This document shows, one piece after another, positions 7,457-20,600 of a stretch of 60,512 bases of DNA. The DNA is from a virus (Duplodnaviria > Caudoviricetes): positions 1-60,512 of IMG/VR virus record IMGVR_UViG_3300011335_000429; one strand, 5' to 3'. The position numbers and the translations under genes were made by a program. A model generated the notes under the pieces. It did not search any database. It was not told the DNA's origin and saw only the letters and a program-made list of their open reading frames with translations. The number at the start of each line of letters is the position of its first letter. Positions within the stretch are counted from its first letter, which is position 1.

Positions 7457-10405
7457 ATGTCCTATTACACCTACGACGGCGATAATCTTGTACTTGCAGA
7501 AGACCCGCCTGATGCCACATACGTTTCAAGGGGGGAGGGTGAGGATGGCACCACTCGTTACTACATTTACGATTCCGCAGGGCGAGGGGTTGGCTCAACA
7601 ACGCAGTCACCTCCCCCCGGAACCCGCCGCGCTGCTCCCGATGCGATTAATGAAGAGGGTTTGCTAGACGTTTCTCGTGCTCATCAAGCTTATGCAGACG
7701 GGTCGTGGCAAAAAGCCGCCGAGTATGCGCTGGGTGCTCAGGCAGAGAATGCCATCAGCGAACTCACCAAAGTCAATCCAAATTACGATTGGACAGCTTC
7801 AATAAAACAGGCGGCAGATCAATTAAACGCGGCTTACGGATCGGACTGGCAATCTCCCAATAGAGGTTCGCCGGGGGGTGTTGTTGCCGGAATATTGCAA
7901 ACCCCAGCGGCGCAGTCTGACCCGGCTATCTCTGGCCGGGTTTCTCAAGTGCTTCCGTATTTTAAAAATAAACAACATCAAGACGATGTAAATATTTTGG
8001 CAGAGCAATCTACGCACGGTTCTGAGGGTGATATGCAAATGCAGTTCCTCACCGGCGTATTGGGTGGTGCTTTAGGCGGCTATTACAACGGCATAGGAGC
8101 AGGAGAAGGCGCGTTGTCTGCCCAAGAGTTTGCGGCCAATGCGGGAGTCGGTGCATCTAACACTACGGGCGCGTTGTCTAGCTTCGCGGAATCGCTGAAA
8201 AGTTTTACCGACTTGATTCCGCCGGAACTTAAAAGCGCAATGGACAGTCTCCCGCCAGCAGCAAAAAAAGCGCTTGTTGGAGCGATAACAAACCCGCAAG
8301 ACCCGATTGGCGGAGCGATTAAAGGGGGGGTGCTTGGCGCAACGGGTGGAGAACTTTCTAGTGCGCTGACAAGTGCGGGGGTAAACCCATCAATAGCCAA
8401 GATGCTCACGCAAAGCGCAACGCAGTTTATTCAAACGGGGACTATCGACCCGACGAAGCTGGCAATGAGTGCACTTACACCGGAAATTTCCGGCGGGTTA
8501 AAAGACCTTGGCGTCCCTCCCGAAGCCTTGAACGCTGCAACCAATGCAGTCAAACAGCTTGTATCCACGGGACAGATAAATGCGGAACAGCTTGCGTTGG
8601 GGGCGGGGAATGAAGCTGTTTCCAAAGCACTGACCGATGCTGGTATTCCGAGTAACTACGTAAAACTTGTTGGGACTGCGGTTGCCTCCGCTGTCACAGG
8701 CAATAATCTTGACCTTGGTTCTATCGCTTCAGCCGTCTTGTCCGGTGACAAGAAACAACGTTCGCAGGATAGCGAAGACGAAGCAATTGCGCGGGATGTG
8801 CAAGACGAAACAGATCGTCAGAAAGGGGCTATCGCAAAGGTACAAACAGCGGCGGATCAAGAAACGGAAGATCAAGCTGGTGGGGCTATTGCAAAAGAAC
8901 AAGCAGCGGCGGAACAAGCGAAGGCTGAAGAAGATGCGCGGGTTGCAGCGGGTGATCCGCAAACAGGAACTGACAAAGGTACAGGTGCCAAAATGGATGA
9001 CGACGACAACAGAATTGTTGATCAATCTGGTGGTGGTTCCCTCACTGGCGACGACGAATACGTCGGTGACATTCCAACCGATCCGTATGCTGGGGGTGGC
9101 GAATACGTCGGTGACATTCCAACCGATCCGTATGCTGGGGGTGGCGAATACGTCGGTGACATTCCAACCGATCCAAAGGCAGGTGATTTTACTGCTGCAG
9201 AACTTAAAGCCGAGGCAGAAAGACTTAAAAATGCTGGCAAAACTGCAGCGCAGATTAAAGCCGCGCTTGGTGCGGCGGCCAAAAAACTGGGTATTGATCT
9301 TGGTTCCGGTAAAAGCATAGTTGGCGCTATTGGTGATTGGATTAAAGATAACCCCCCGTTGGCGGCGTTGAGTGGTGGACTAGTTGCCGCTATTCTTGCA
9401 GATCGGAATAAAGAACAGAAACTCACCACAACCCGGTCACTCACGCCCGAAAACCAGAAAGCGGTTAGTGGTGCGATCACCGATCTTGCTAACAGCAACG
9501 CGTATAAACCGACGCTTGGAATGACAGGGGATCAAACAGGCGCATTGGCTACGTTGAAAGGTGTGACGGATACCAAGTACACAAACCCAATGGCTGCGGG
9601 GTTGGCTACTAACCAGCAGGGCGCTATTGACCTTGCCAGTAAAAAACAAGGCGACCAACAGGCTACGATAGAAGCCGCCAAGGTTGGTACGGTGAACGCT
9701 GCAAAGGGTATCCCGACGGCAAACCTGACTCCGTACATGAACCAGTACACGATGCAGGCACTCAACCCGCAGCTTGAGCAATACGACCGTGATACGCAAA
9801 AACAACAGCAAGGTTTGTCAAGTCAAGCTGTTAAAGCAGGAGCATTTGGCGGAAGTCGGTTTGGTTTGATGGGAACAGAACTGGACAGGAACCGCGATTT
9901 CGTGCGCCAAGGCACTGTCAACACAGCAATGAAGGACGCATTCGACCGCGCTACCACTCTATACGGTGTGGACAAGGCACGCGAACTGCAGTCGGCTGGG
10001 CAGCTTCAATCAATTGCTACGGCGGGGGGAGCACTGGAAAGCCAAGATGTTAAAGACTTAGCCTCCACTGGTGCACTGCAGCAAACAACTGACCAGAACG
10101 CCAAGGACAAGGCTTACGCGGAATTTTTGCGTCAACAGAACGCGCAAGCGGGTTATGCGGGTACGGCACTTGAAACTGCAAACACCGTGGCGAAGTCGGA
10201 CATAGGGCAAAACCAGTTTACTGCGGGGTTGCCAGCGGCGAATTCCACGGCTCTGGCGAACTTGGCAAACACGACTGCAACCACGACAAACGTTGGTACG
10301 CCGCCTTCATTGCTGTCACAATTGGCGGGTGCAGGAACTGCGCTGTATGGGGTGAGTCAGTTGCTACCGAAGACGAAGACGGCGGCGGCGGTTCCGACCT
10401 CCTAG
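7457..10405 (+). CDS. Internal virion / DNA ejection protein
   Basis: 982 aa, Ala/Gly/Gln-rich; YMNQY and AGAFGGSR motifs typical of podovirus pilot proteins. Confidence 0.65.
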   Translation: MSYYTYDGDNLVLAEDPPDATYVSRGEGEDGTTRYYIYDSAGRGVGSTTQSPPPGTRRAAPDAINEEGLLDVSRAHQAYADGSWQKAAEYALGAQAENAISELTKVNPNYDWTASIKQAADQLNAAYGSDWQSPNRGSPGGVVAGILQTPAAQSDPAISGRVSQVLPYFKNKQHQDDVNILAEQSTHGSEGDMQMQFLTGVLGGALGGYYNGIGAGEGALSAQEFAANAGVGASNTTGALSSFAESLKSFTDLIPPELKSAMDSLPPAAKKALVGAITNPQDPIGGAIKGGVLGATGGELSSALTSAGVNPSIAKMLTQSATQFIQTGTIDPTKLAMSALTPEISGGLKDLGVPPEALNAATNAVKQLVSTGQINAEQLALGAGNEAVSKALTDAGIPSNYVKLVGTAVASAVTGNNLDLGSIASAVLSGDKKQRSQDSEDEAIARDVQDETDRQKGAIAKVQTAADQETEDQAGGAIAKEQAAAEQAKAEEDARVAAGDPQTGTDKGTGAKMDDDDNRIVDQSGGGSLTGDDEYVGDIPTDPYAGGGEYVGDIPTDPYAGGGEYVGDIPTDPKAGDFTAAELKAEAERLKNAGKTAAQIKAALGAAAKKLGIDLGSGKSIVGAIGDWIKDNPPLAALSGGLVAAILADRNKEQKLTTTRSLTPENQKAVSGAITDLANSNAYKPTLGMTGDQTGALATLKGVTDTKYTNPMAAGLATNQQGAIDLASKKQGDQQATIEAAKVGTVNAAKGIPTANLTPYMNQYTMQALNPQLEQYDRDTQKQQQGLSSQAVKAGAFGGSRFGLMGTELDRNRDFVRQGTVNTAMKDAFDRATTLYGVDKARELQSAGQLQSIATAGGALESQDVKDLASTGALQQTTDQNAKDKAYAEFLRQQNAQAGYAGTALETANTVAKSDIGQNQFTAGLPAANSTALANLANTTATTTNVGTPPSLLSQLAGAGTALYGVSQLLPKTKTAAAVPTS
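9056..9174 (+). repeat. 45-bp in-frame tandem repeat, 2.6 exact copies (EYVGDIPTDPYAGGG)
   Basis: Units start at 9056, 9101 and 9146. Confidence 0.95.
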
Positions 10406-10414
10406 GAGAAGAAT

Positions 10415-11695
10415 ATGGCGATGATAGACCCGATTGAACTGGAACGCATAGCTAAAGACCCGACTGTAACGGCAATGGAGCGTATGAAAGCACGCGATTT
10501 GCTGAACCAACGTCGCGTCGGCGGCAGCACCGTCGATTCACCATTGCCGCAGTTGCCGTTTGTTTCGTCAGGCGACGAAAATCGCCCTTGGTTTATGCGC
10601 AACAACACGAATCCAGTGGACGCGCTGCGGCGTAGTATGGCCTCTTTTGCCCCCCCTGCCGCCCAACCGTTTGACGCAATGGCGCAACCTCCTAAGCCCG
10701 GTGACTTGGCCGACTTTGCCGGTCGCCCCACTGTACCTACCCCCAGTATCTTGGACGGAGAATCTAGAAAACAAGCTGTCGCTGTGAATCCGGCGCAACC
10801 CATGATGCCACCGGCAAATGCAATTGGCCTCAATACGGACGCTGATATAGCTGAAATACGCGCTCGTGTCCGTCAGATGGAAGGGCGGGAATTGCCGCAG
10901 TTCAAAACGCCCAACGCCGAAGCCGATCTGACGGAACGGATGAGAAACATCACGGTGCCCACGCGACCGGGACTGTCCGATTTGTCCGACGATGATAAAA
11001 GTTCGGCTCTTTTAAGAATGGGTCTGGGGATGATGGGTGGTACGTCGCCGTACTTTGCACAGAACTTCGCTGCGGGTGGCACTGCTGGCTTGGATGCTGC
11101 CGAGAAGTCGCGTGACGCAATGATGAAAGACTTGATGACGAAATACGGCATCGACGCGGATATGGCAATGAAACTGGTGACTGCGCGTAGTCAGGATACG
11201 GCAGGTGCTAATGCAAACATAGCCGCTTTGTACAACCAACTGAATGACAGGGATAAGAATGCGCTCACTGGTATGAGCAAGGTGTTGGAACTCAGAACCG
11301 CAGCCGATAAAGTCAAATCGGACGATGCGTACCACACGCGCCACTTAGATGTGTTGAAAGACCATTACAAAAATTTGGCGGATCAAATGAAGGGTAAGTC
11401 GCCGGAAGCAAAAGCCGCCGAATTGCGTGACCAGTTTGTGTTGATTACGAAACTGAAAAACAACACGGGTAATCCGCAAGATGTTCAGTTGGGCACGATG
11501 ATGGAACGTGCGCTTCACGCTTCGGTGCCTGCATCAGAACTGAAACTTCGTCTGCCACCCCCTAAGTTGGTTGAAGCGGAAATCGAAGACGCCAAGGGCA
11601 ACCCCAAAGTGTCGGCTGCGATAAGCATGTGGTCACGCGGTGAAATAACGGATCAAGAGTTTTATGGTATTAAGGGTAGCCAATCCAAGAGATAA
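10415..11695 (+). CDS. Internal virion / ejection protein
   Basis: ALLRMGLGMMGGTSP motif; lies between two other ejection-type genes; GGAG RBS. Confidence 0.55.
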   Translation: MAMIDPIELERIAKDPTVTAMERMKARDLLNQRRVGGSTVDSPLPQLPFVSSGDENRPWFMRNNTNPVDALRRSMASFAPPAAQPFDAMAQPPKPGDLADFAGRPTVPTPSILDGESRKQAVAVNPAQPMMPPANAIGLNTDADIAEIRARVRQMEGRELPQFKTPNAEADLTERMRNITVPTRPGLSDLSDDDKSSALLRMGLGMMGGTSPYFAQNFAAGGTAGLDAAEKSRDAMMKDLMTKYGIDADMAMKLVTARSQDTAGANANIAALYNQLNDRDKNALTGMSKVLELRTAADKVKSDDAYHTRHLDVLKDHYKNLADQMKGKSPEAKAAELRDQFVLITKLKNNTGNPQDVQLGTMMERALHASVPASELKLRLPPPKLVEAEIEDAKGNPKVSAAISMWSRGEITDQEFYGIKGSQSKR

Positions 11696-11697
11696 TA

Positions 11698-14600
11698 ATG
11701 ACACCACAGGAAAAAGAAAAATTTCTCGCGTGGGCTAATACACCGGACAAGGAGCAGTATGGCCCGTTTGGTGGCAACGTTCGCGCAGGTGTCGCCAACT
11801 ACCTCGGTGGGTATGGCAATCTGGGGGCGGCGCTTGGGTTAGACACACAGGCATATGCGGATCGGAAGAAAGCGGAAGCTGACGAAATCCTGTCGCGCAC
11901 CAGTGGCCCAAAGGAATTTGCCGACGTACACGGCCCCGGCGATTTCGTTGACTACCTGAAGTCCTTGGCGGGGATGTCCGTGCCCTACTCCGCTGAAGCT
12001 GTTGTTGCGGGGTTGACGGGGGGTCTGGGCGCAGGGGCGTCACTGGGTGCAAGGGCTGTTGGCACTCGGGCGGCAGGGGAACTGGCGGCTAAACTGGCAA
12101 CGGAACGCGCTGGTTTGGATGCTGCTGGTAAAGCTATTGCCATGCACAAAATACCTTCTGCCACGATCATGTCGTCGTTGGATGAAGCTGCCAAGTCGTT
12201 GGGTGTACAGCGCGGTGCCATGGGCGGTATGGTGGCGGGAACGATACCTTCGGCGGCTGGGGACATTGCCCAGAACCAGTACGAAGAAGCCAAGCAGTAC
12301 AACTTGCCAGCTATTTTGGCTGGTGCGCCAGCCTACGCCGCGTTGAACCTCCTTGGCCCCGAAGCACTGGCAATCAAGGGACTGAGCGGTGCTGGGCGGT
12401 TCCTGCCCAGTGCTGCGGATATATCGTCGCGTGCGGGGCTGCGTGGTGCGGCTGAACGCGCTGCGTTGGGGGTGGTCGCTGGCGGCACGATGGAAGGGGT
12501 TGGCGAGACTGGTCAGGAAGTCATCAACCAGATGGGGCGTATGGCGGTGAACCCCAACGCATCCCTGACCAGCCCTGACGCCCTGCATCGGTACTATGAG
12601 TCGTTCATTGGCGGTGCTGCGTTGGGTGGCACGATGTCCGGTGTGGGTGGCGCGTTCACGAAACCCGCGATTCAAACCCCGTCCGACATGGCGGATCGGG
12701 TTACGCAGATGCACCAGAACCAAGAGCAGATTTCGCTTGGCAACAAGATCGACGCCGTGAAGCGTGAGGATGCGACAGCGGTAATCGAAGAACGCGACAA
12801 GGCAATGCGCGATGCCACAGCAGCCGCAGCGAAGACACAGGCAGAAGAAATAAAGCAAGTACAGGAAGCGGCGAAGAAGCAGCAGGATGAAGTAGTGAAA
12901 GCAGCGGAAACTGCCAAGAAGGAAGCGGAAGTCAAGCTGGAGGCGAAAGCCACGGTGGTTAGTGAGGCGATGAAAGCCGTTGACGCTGATGACAGTATCG
13001 CAGACGGGCTGAAGGCGCTTGTAAAAATCAAACTGACTGATCTGAATAAATCGCTGGAACTTGCGCCGCCGGAAACACACGAAACCATACTCACTGCGAT
13101 TTTGGCAGCGCAAAAAGGTAAGCGCACCAACGAAGCTAAAGCACTTAGAAATGCAGTGCGGTTGTATAGCAATGCGTCGGCAACGGTTGCAAAAGCACCG
13201 AGCGTAACGCCGATTGGTATGGGTACGGCAGAAGAAATACTCAGCGGAAAGAGTGCTGCTGAACTGAGCGACGAAACCCAGAGCCAACTTGATGACGCAC
13301 TGCGTGCCTCGGCCCCGCCTGTAAGTTTGGACGGTACGGTGATAGACACGACCTCACTGGGGATAAGGAAGACACCGAACTTCACACCGCCGATACTGGA
13401 TTCAACGGAAGCGTTCAACCTTGAGCGCATCAGAAGGGCAGTTGCCGGTGGTGAACTAGTAACGGATGCAGATTTGTTTTTGTTGCGGGAAGCGGACAAG
13501 GTTGAAGCCAACCCCAACGCGCAGATTGCTTTGGCAAACGAGCCTCTCGCACCGACGCAGATACTGCCAATCAGTGAACGCGCCGCATCTACCGTTGGCA
13601 AAAAACGTACTCGCCTTGCACAAGAAATTCGCGCCGACCTTGAACGGAATTCATCGAAGAACTTCAGTCTTGCGCCGACTGATGAGCAAACAGTTACGAC
13701 ACAACGGATTAACGCTGACGCGGATGAGCGTCGCAGGGTTGGTGCCGCTAACGCCGCTGATACGGAAGCAAACTCGGATGTTTTGATTGAGCCGCCGCTG
13801 TCCGAAGTTCGCGCCACGTACAACAAGGCAAACGAACAGTATTTGCGTGCGCTCGACCTGAAAAACCCCGACTACGCACTGGCAAACAGGATTTCGGACT
13901 GGGCAATCAAGACGTTTTCAAAGTACGACACCAGCGAACTGAACGCACCGGATGCCCAAGGGTGGTATCGCTCACCGCAGGGTACGCTTGATTTGGTTAA
14001 CGTGGTCAACGCCGCCAAGGAGAAACAAAATGCCCGTAAACCGAGGAGCAATCGCACGAATGCTAAAGCCGGGTCTGGGACTGACCAAACCCAAAGCGCC
14101 ATCGAAACCATCGCGGCCACTAAAGCCGACGAAACCCCGGTTCAAGTAACACCGGAGGAACAACGTGATGGCAAGATAAAAGTCGTCGTTGATGATAAGT
14201 CAGGCGATGTAATCATCATGTGGGGTAACGACGAGTTGTATCGGCAGCAGTTTGCCACGGAAAAGCTGTTGTCTCAGTACAAAGGCGACACGCTGGATCG
14301 CGTAATTAAAGAGCGTTCCAACAAGGTAATGGGTAGTGACGCTTTCAAGGCGGCGTATGAAAACGCTTACCAGCAGTGGCAGGAAGCGCAGCCACTGAAT
14401 CGCTTTGAGCAAGCGTACTTGGATGCTGTTAAAAAGCCTGCGGGTACTGACCCTATGGCGGATTTCATCGTAAGTGGCGCTAACTCCATCAACATTCGTC
14501 GTTCTATACTGGAGGGAAATTATGCCCCTGAAGTCGGAAGCACAACGTCGGTGGATGGCGGAAAACAATCCGGAGATGCTGGCCCGGTGGTCAAAAGAAA

Positions 14601-17600
14601 CGCCGCCGGGAAAACTCCCAGAGCGCGTCGGCGTAAAGGCGACACAACCCAAGCGACGGACAACGAATCAAGCAATGCGTCCGCAGCGACCGATGAAGCC
14701 AATGAGGACGACCAAGGGGCGGTAACGGATCAGGAGTTGACGGGTGAAGACGTTGAAAACGTCGTAGATAAAACGCTTGTTTCACTGCGCAAGGAACAAG
14801 GGCTGTTATTCAAAAAACTGAAACAAGCTGCTGAAGACTCACCAAACGACGTACCTGAACTGAAGTTGGAAGCGTTGCGTGCGACCGAGCGGATTTTCCA
14901 ACACTATCGTGACAACGGTAACGTTACGGAGAAAAGGTCTGCCGCAAAAGAACTTCCAAGGATAGCAGAGGGGATAACAAAACTAGAAAATGAATTAACA
15001 CGCAGCATTGAAGAACAGGAATCGTCGTTGATTTCGGGCGTCGATACCAATACCACAGTTATTGATGAAACCACCGATAGACCTACCCCCGCGCCGAAGG
15101 AAAGAACAAAGGCTGACCTTAAAACCGCCGCTGACGAAATCCTTGCTAATGGCGAAGTTGCTGCGGCTGCTGATAATCGGGAAGACCTGACGAACGAAGG
15201 TCAAGCAGAAGCATACGCAGCAAAAACCGCCAAGGAAGAAGCGGCACAACAAGCAGCGTTGGAAGCGGCGGTGGTCGAAGAAAACGAAAGAGTGAAAGCC
15301 GAAGACAGGGCGCAATGGGAAGCTGCGCTTACGCCGGGACAAAAAAATGAACTGTTTCGGTTGGCGCAACAAGAACAGGCCGATGACCGCGTGCCTGCTG
15401 TTGGTAGGTACAAAGACTGGAATACAAAACCGACGAACACTGAAGGTGAGGAAGTAGATTCTGCTTCCGACTACATATACAAACGTTTTTCGCAGTGGAC
15501 TGCCGGTGGTGGAAGCCAGCGTAACTGGACGCCACGCGCTGATGCCATATTCAGTTCCGTTTTTACCGTGCTGCTGGACAATTACAAGACGCAAGGGCGC
15601 ATAGATGAATTGCAACGCGCCGGTCACATACAAGAAGCGCAGGTTGAAGGACTTTTAAATAGCGCAGACAGAGCGGACGCCGCTAGGATAATTCGCGCCC
15701 AAACGAAGATGGCGGGTACCGGATGGAACGCCGCTGTTCGGGCAAAACTTCTGGAGATGTACGCTGACTTCCAAGTTAATGCTTCCAAGTTTACGGGCAG
15801 ACTTGCGGAGATACTGACCAAGCTGGGTAAACTTGCTGTCGCTGGCATCATGGCACTCACGATTGCGTTCTCGCCCACCGTGGCACAACGGGCCGAAGCC
15901 ATGACAATGCCCACGCCCACCCGCGTGGAGGTTCTGGAAACCATTACCAGTGAGCGCCCTCGCGCTGATTTCCAAGGGGTGCAAGCTGGGTCGCAAGTGC
16001 GTTACACCGCCGACTGGATGGTGCGGAACAACAAGAACAAAAACCTTCCGTTCATCCTCGTTGATAAACAGAATGGTTTCATGTTTGCGTTCGATGCGGG
16101 TGGCAAGCTGTACGAAGGTGGTAAATCCCCAGCCATCACAGGCAAGGCACGCGCTGACGCATTGACCACAGCACAAGCAAGTAAAGGACTTAACGAAACC
16201 ACCGATGCCGACAAGGTGACGGAAGCAGGCATCTACGAAGCCACGGGTGCCAATACAAAAGACTATGGTCAGGCCGTGGTTGTTAAGCAGTACGACAACT
16301 CTCAGATGGCGATCCACACGGTATATTTGGGCACTCCGTCGGAAAACCGGGCGGGACGTTTGCAATCTGCCAACTCGCTGGATAAGCGCATCAGCTACGG
16401 GTGTATCAACGCACCAGCGTCATTCATTAATGACGTAATTGCCCCGCACTTCGCCGGTAAGTCGATAGTGGTCGTACTGCCTGAAATGTCAACTGCAAGG
16501 TCGGCATTTAACATCATCGACAGCGAGTACGAAACCACTACGGTGGACAAGTCGTTCAGCTACGGAGCGACGGAGGCTGTTGGTAACGAGGAACGCGACC
16601 CGGCGACTGGGTTGCCGAAGCAAGAGCGTAGGGCAGAAGCACGTTCGTCCACGCGCCGCAGGCAAGATAACCAACCGGCACAGCCTTCCGACCCAACAGT
16701 GCCTGCGTGGGTGAACGAAGCATTGACAAACCCCGATACAAACTCAACTTCGCTGTTGCGGGAAATCAGTCAAGATGGTCGTGGAACCAGTCCCCTGTAT
16801 AAGATACTGGCGGAAGCACTACTGTCGTTCGGCGTTGGTGACATCAACCTTGTCTACTCAAACACTGAGGGTAAAAGCGCCGAAGGCGAACGCATTGCGG
16901 GGTCGTTTGACGCTGTAACCAATACCGTTACGATCTACCGTGGTGGCGAGAACATCGAAACCATCCTCCACGAATACGTCCATTCGGTGACAACGCACCT
17001 GCTGGATCGCGCAGAAGCGGAGTACAACCAAGCTGTATCGAACAAAACCCCGTTTGACAGCATGACCAAGGAACAACAGCGCCTTCGTCTGGCATACGAG
17101 CGCATGACCAAACTGTACGAAGAAGCACGGGCAGTGTTGGGCGAAGACCCCGAACTGAAGAACGCATTCAAAACGTTGAACGAATTTGTTACGGAAGCGT
17201 TGACTAACCGCACCCTGCAAAACCGGATGATGAAAGTGCAGTCGGAAGTGGGTGTGCTGAAACCCTCCGTCTGGCGGCAATTCATCAACGCAATGAAAGA
17301 TTTCCTTGGATTGGATGAGTTTACTGGCGACCCCGCGTTTGCCCAGTCTGTGCTGGCGCGTGTACTGGAAGGCGCACCGTCGTTCCTTGGTTCCATAGAA
17401 GACACGGTTGTGTACAGCGGCAGTGAAAGCGTCAACTACCAAACAATCCCCGGTGGCAGCATCACATCAGCCTTTACCGCTACGCGGCCCGGTGTACCGC
17501 CAGCCGAGTTTGGTTACGACGCCATAAATCAAGCGCGGGAAAAGGGCGACGACCAAACCAGTCAGGAGCGCACGGGCGAGTGGATGCGCCGGGGTAAGGA

Positions 17601-20600
17601 AATGCTGTCCGATGGCATCTCGCACTTCAACAACGTGCGTTACGTTGCCTCGCGTTCGTTCGGTTACTCGAAAATCTACGACCTTGCGGAGACATACAAC
17701 AGCATCAAGCTGACGCTCCAAACCGTGTTCAACGCAAAGCTGGCTAGGCTCATGGCGATGCCGAAAGCCTCCCGCGACAAGATTGGCAAATACATTTACT
17801 ACACCACAATCCGTAAGGGCGACGGTCTGACCCCCTCGGACATCATGTACTACATGCAAAACCGCAACGAACCGATCTACGAAGAGCAGAAGGACGGCAC
17901 AGCGGTGGCTGTACAGGCGATGAAAGAACGTGGGATGTTCTCCGAGGCAGAACTGAAGAACGTGCAGGACTCGCTGGATGGCAAGCCGATGCCGCAGATG
18001 ACTGAGGCTGAGTACAAGGCATACAAAGACACGATGGAAGCCATGATGGATGGCGCTGCCTCGTTGTACTACGGCGAGTACCTCGCGGATGCGGAGTCCA
18101 CGGCAGACTACCTGAACTCGCAGCGCCTTGGCATCCCCAACACCGACGCAGGGAAGAAGGTTGATGAGTTGGTCGCGGACTTGCGTAGACGTGTGATGGA
18201 GTATGCCGAGAAGAATATCGGTATTGACCCTGCCACGGGTGTTGTGACGGCAGCAAGCGATGAAACGATCAAGAAGTTGATCGAACTGGATGAGAACCTG
18301 TACGGTGTAATAACGGCCAACGCCAACGACCCACAGATGCAGCAGGTTGCCCAAGCACTGGACATGACTGTGGACGAACTCAGGACGGCAGCAAAGGACA
18401 TCAACGACGGGGCGAAGTCGAAGGCTCCTGACCGCGCACGCCGCATCACCAACTCCATCATGATTTCGGGGCTGGACAGACCGCAACTGATGTCACAACG
18501 CATCTTCGCAGTCGAGTCGATCCTCGGTGGCTACGCCCCCCTCAAACGGTACGGCAAGTACATCGTGAACCTGTCGTATAAGGACGGTGACGGCAACCTG
18601 ATCCCCGCTGACCAAGTGGACGATTCGTTTGCAAAGTTGCTGCCCATCTACGCTGATGACGATCTGGAGTTCATGAAGAAATCACGCGACTTCATGGTGG
18701 ATACTTACAAGGATGTGGCATACCCGATCCTGCTGAAGAACGGCGAGGTGGTTGAAAACGCCACGATTGAAGTGGGCAAAGTAGAAGCCAAGCGCACCGC
18801 AAAGCGGGTATCCGACCGCATCCAGTACCGCGAAATTATGCGTGCGCTGGACAAACTCGGTATCAAGCTGTCGCTGGATCAGCGCACCAAAGCTGTGAAA
18901 GCCACGACCGACGCCGACTCCGCTGTACGCCAGCACCTGAAGCGCGTGGGACGCCCCGGCGCTAGTGAAGATTTCGTGACTGCAGTGTCCGAAGACCTGT
19001 CGCGCCGTTCGGCCCTGATCGCGGCCCGTCGCATTGCACCCCAGATGGAATCGGTGATGGCGGACGTGAACGGTGAATACTGGGGTGACGGCACGGCCCA
19101 GATTGCCAAGATGGAAGAGGCACTGGCCTCCGCCAGAGCGAGGGGGAATAAGGCGCTCATTACGATAGCCGAGCACGATCTGTCAGGCACCAAACGGTTG
19201 TACGAAGCGCAGCAAGGGGTTCACCGTGGTAAGCCACGGGATGCCGCGCAGGAGTTCGTGACATGGTTTTTCAAGGAAGGTGGCAGCGACGACAGCAACC
19301 AGTTCGCTTCCCAAGTGCGTTCCGTGACCACCGTGGTACAGATTGGCCTTGCGTTCGCATCTGCCGTTACCAACCTGACTTCACTACCACTACACGCGCT
19401 GTCGGGCCTTGCCACGTACAACGATAAGACGGGGTTCGGTGGCGGGTTCGGAGAAATAAATTCTGCCAAAGCGTTGATAAAAGCGGTCAAGGTGCTCAGT
19501 CCGGTCATGATGAAGTCGGCGGCGCAACTGTGGAATACGGAAACGTTCTTCGCGCATACGTGGCTGGCCGATCAAGTCAAGGCGGCGGAAGCTAAAAACG
19601 CGGGTAAGAAAGTGGGCGAGAAGAACATCCTGCATAACGGCTACTCGCTTGATGCGTGGAAATTCATCCAGATTCAGTCGGAGTCGGGGGTGACTGCGCC
19701 ACAGAACGTGAACGCAATGATGGGGTCAGCATCGAAGAAAGTGTATGGTTCCAAGGGCGACGAGATTATGGGTCGGGCAATGGCACTGTTTGCAGCCACG
19801 GAAGAAATGAACCGGATGGCGACCCTGCTGGCGTCCTACGAACTGTACAACGAGCGTGCCGCCGCTGCGGGGATGGACAACACAATAAACCCCCTGACGC
19901 AGAGTTCGCCCCGTCAGGACTACGTTGGAAAAGCCGCAGTGAAGATGGTGTTCGACACGCAAGGCGCGTATAGCCAAGCGAACCGCCCAAAGCTATTCCG
20001 TAGCGGTGTCATGTCGATGGTGTATATGTACAAGACCTTTGCCGTGACGACGCTGGAACTGCTGCGGAATCTCCCCCCGCGTGGTCGTCTGCTGTTCCTT
20101 GGAATACTGCATATGTTCTCGGGGGCGCAGGGTATCCCGCTGTTTGAAGAACTGATAACCCTGATTGACATCATTTCGCAACGGTTCGGAATGGGTAATT
20201 CGATCACCAAGGGCAACGCCGAACGCGAACTGAACCTGTTCCTCAAGGCGTGGGGTAATGAACTCGGCGTACCGCTGGATAAAATCGCCATGCATGGCAT
20301 CCTCGACACCATGACCGGAACGAAGTTCTTCGGACGTGCGGGGGTAAACGTAGGTATCCCGTTCCTCGGACTGGGGCGTGCGGGGGCGGATGTGGAGAAG
20401 GAGTTTGGCAAGGCACTGGGAGCGCCGATTGGCGCAGTAGGAGGTACAGTGCGTTCGTTGGGGGCGCTGGCGCGGGGTGACTTTGAACGCGCAGCAAAAG
20501 AGAACCCTGTCACAGGGTTGAAAAACTTTGCGGATGCGTACCTGTACTACAAGTACGACAACGTGCTGAATAAACGCGGCCAGATCGTAATCAAGGAACC

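Noticed and set aside
9056-9174. Possible mini-CRISPR array
   Set aside because: Units are contiguous and identical with no unique spacers, in frame, and no cas genes are present.
12040-13826. Long antisense ORFs (415 and 384 aa) and similar ones opposite portal, polA and the 641-aa gene
   Set aside because: Shadow ORFs from codon bias; no motifs or RBS, unlike the EndoVII frame inside the intein.
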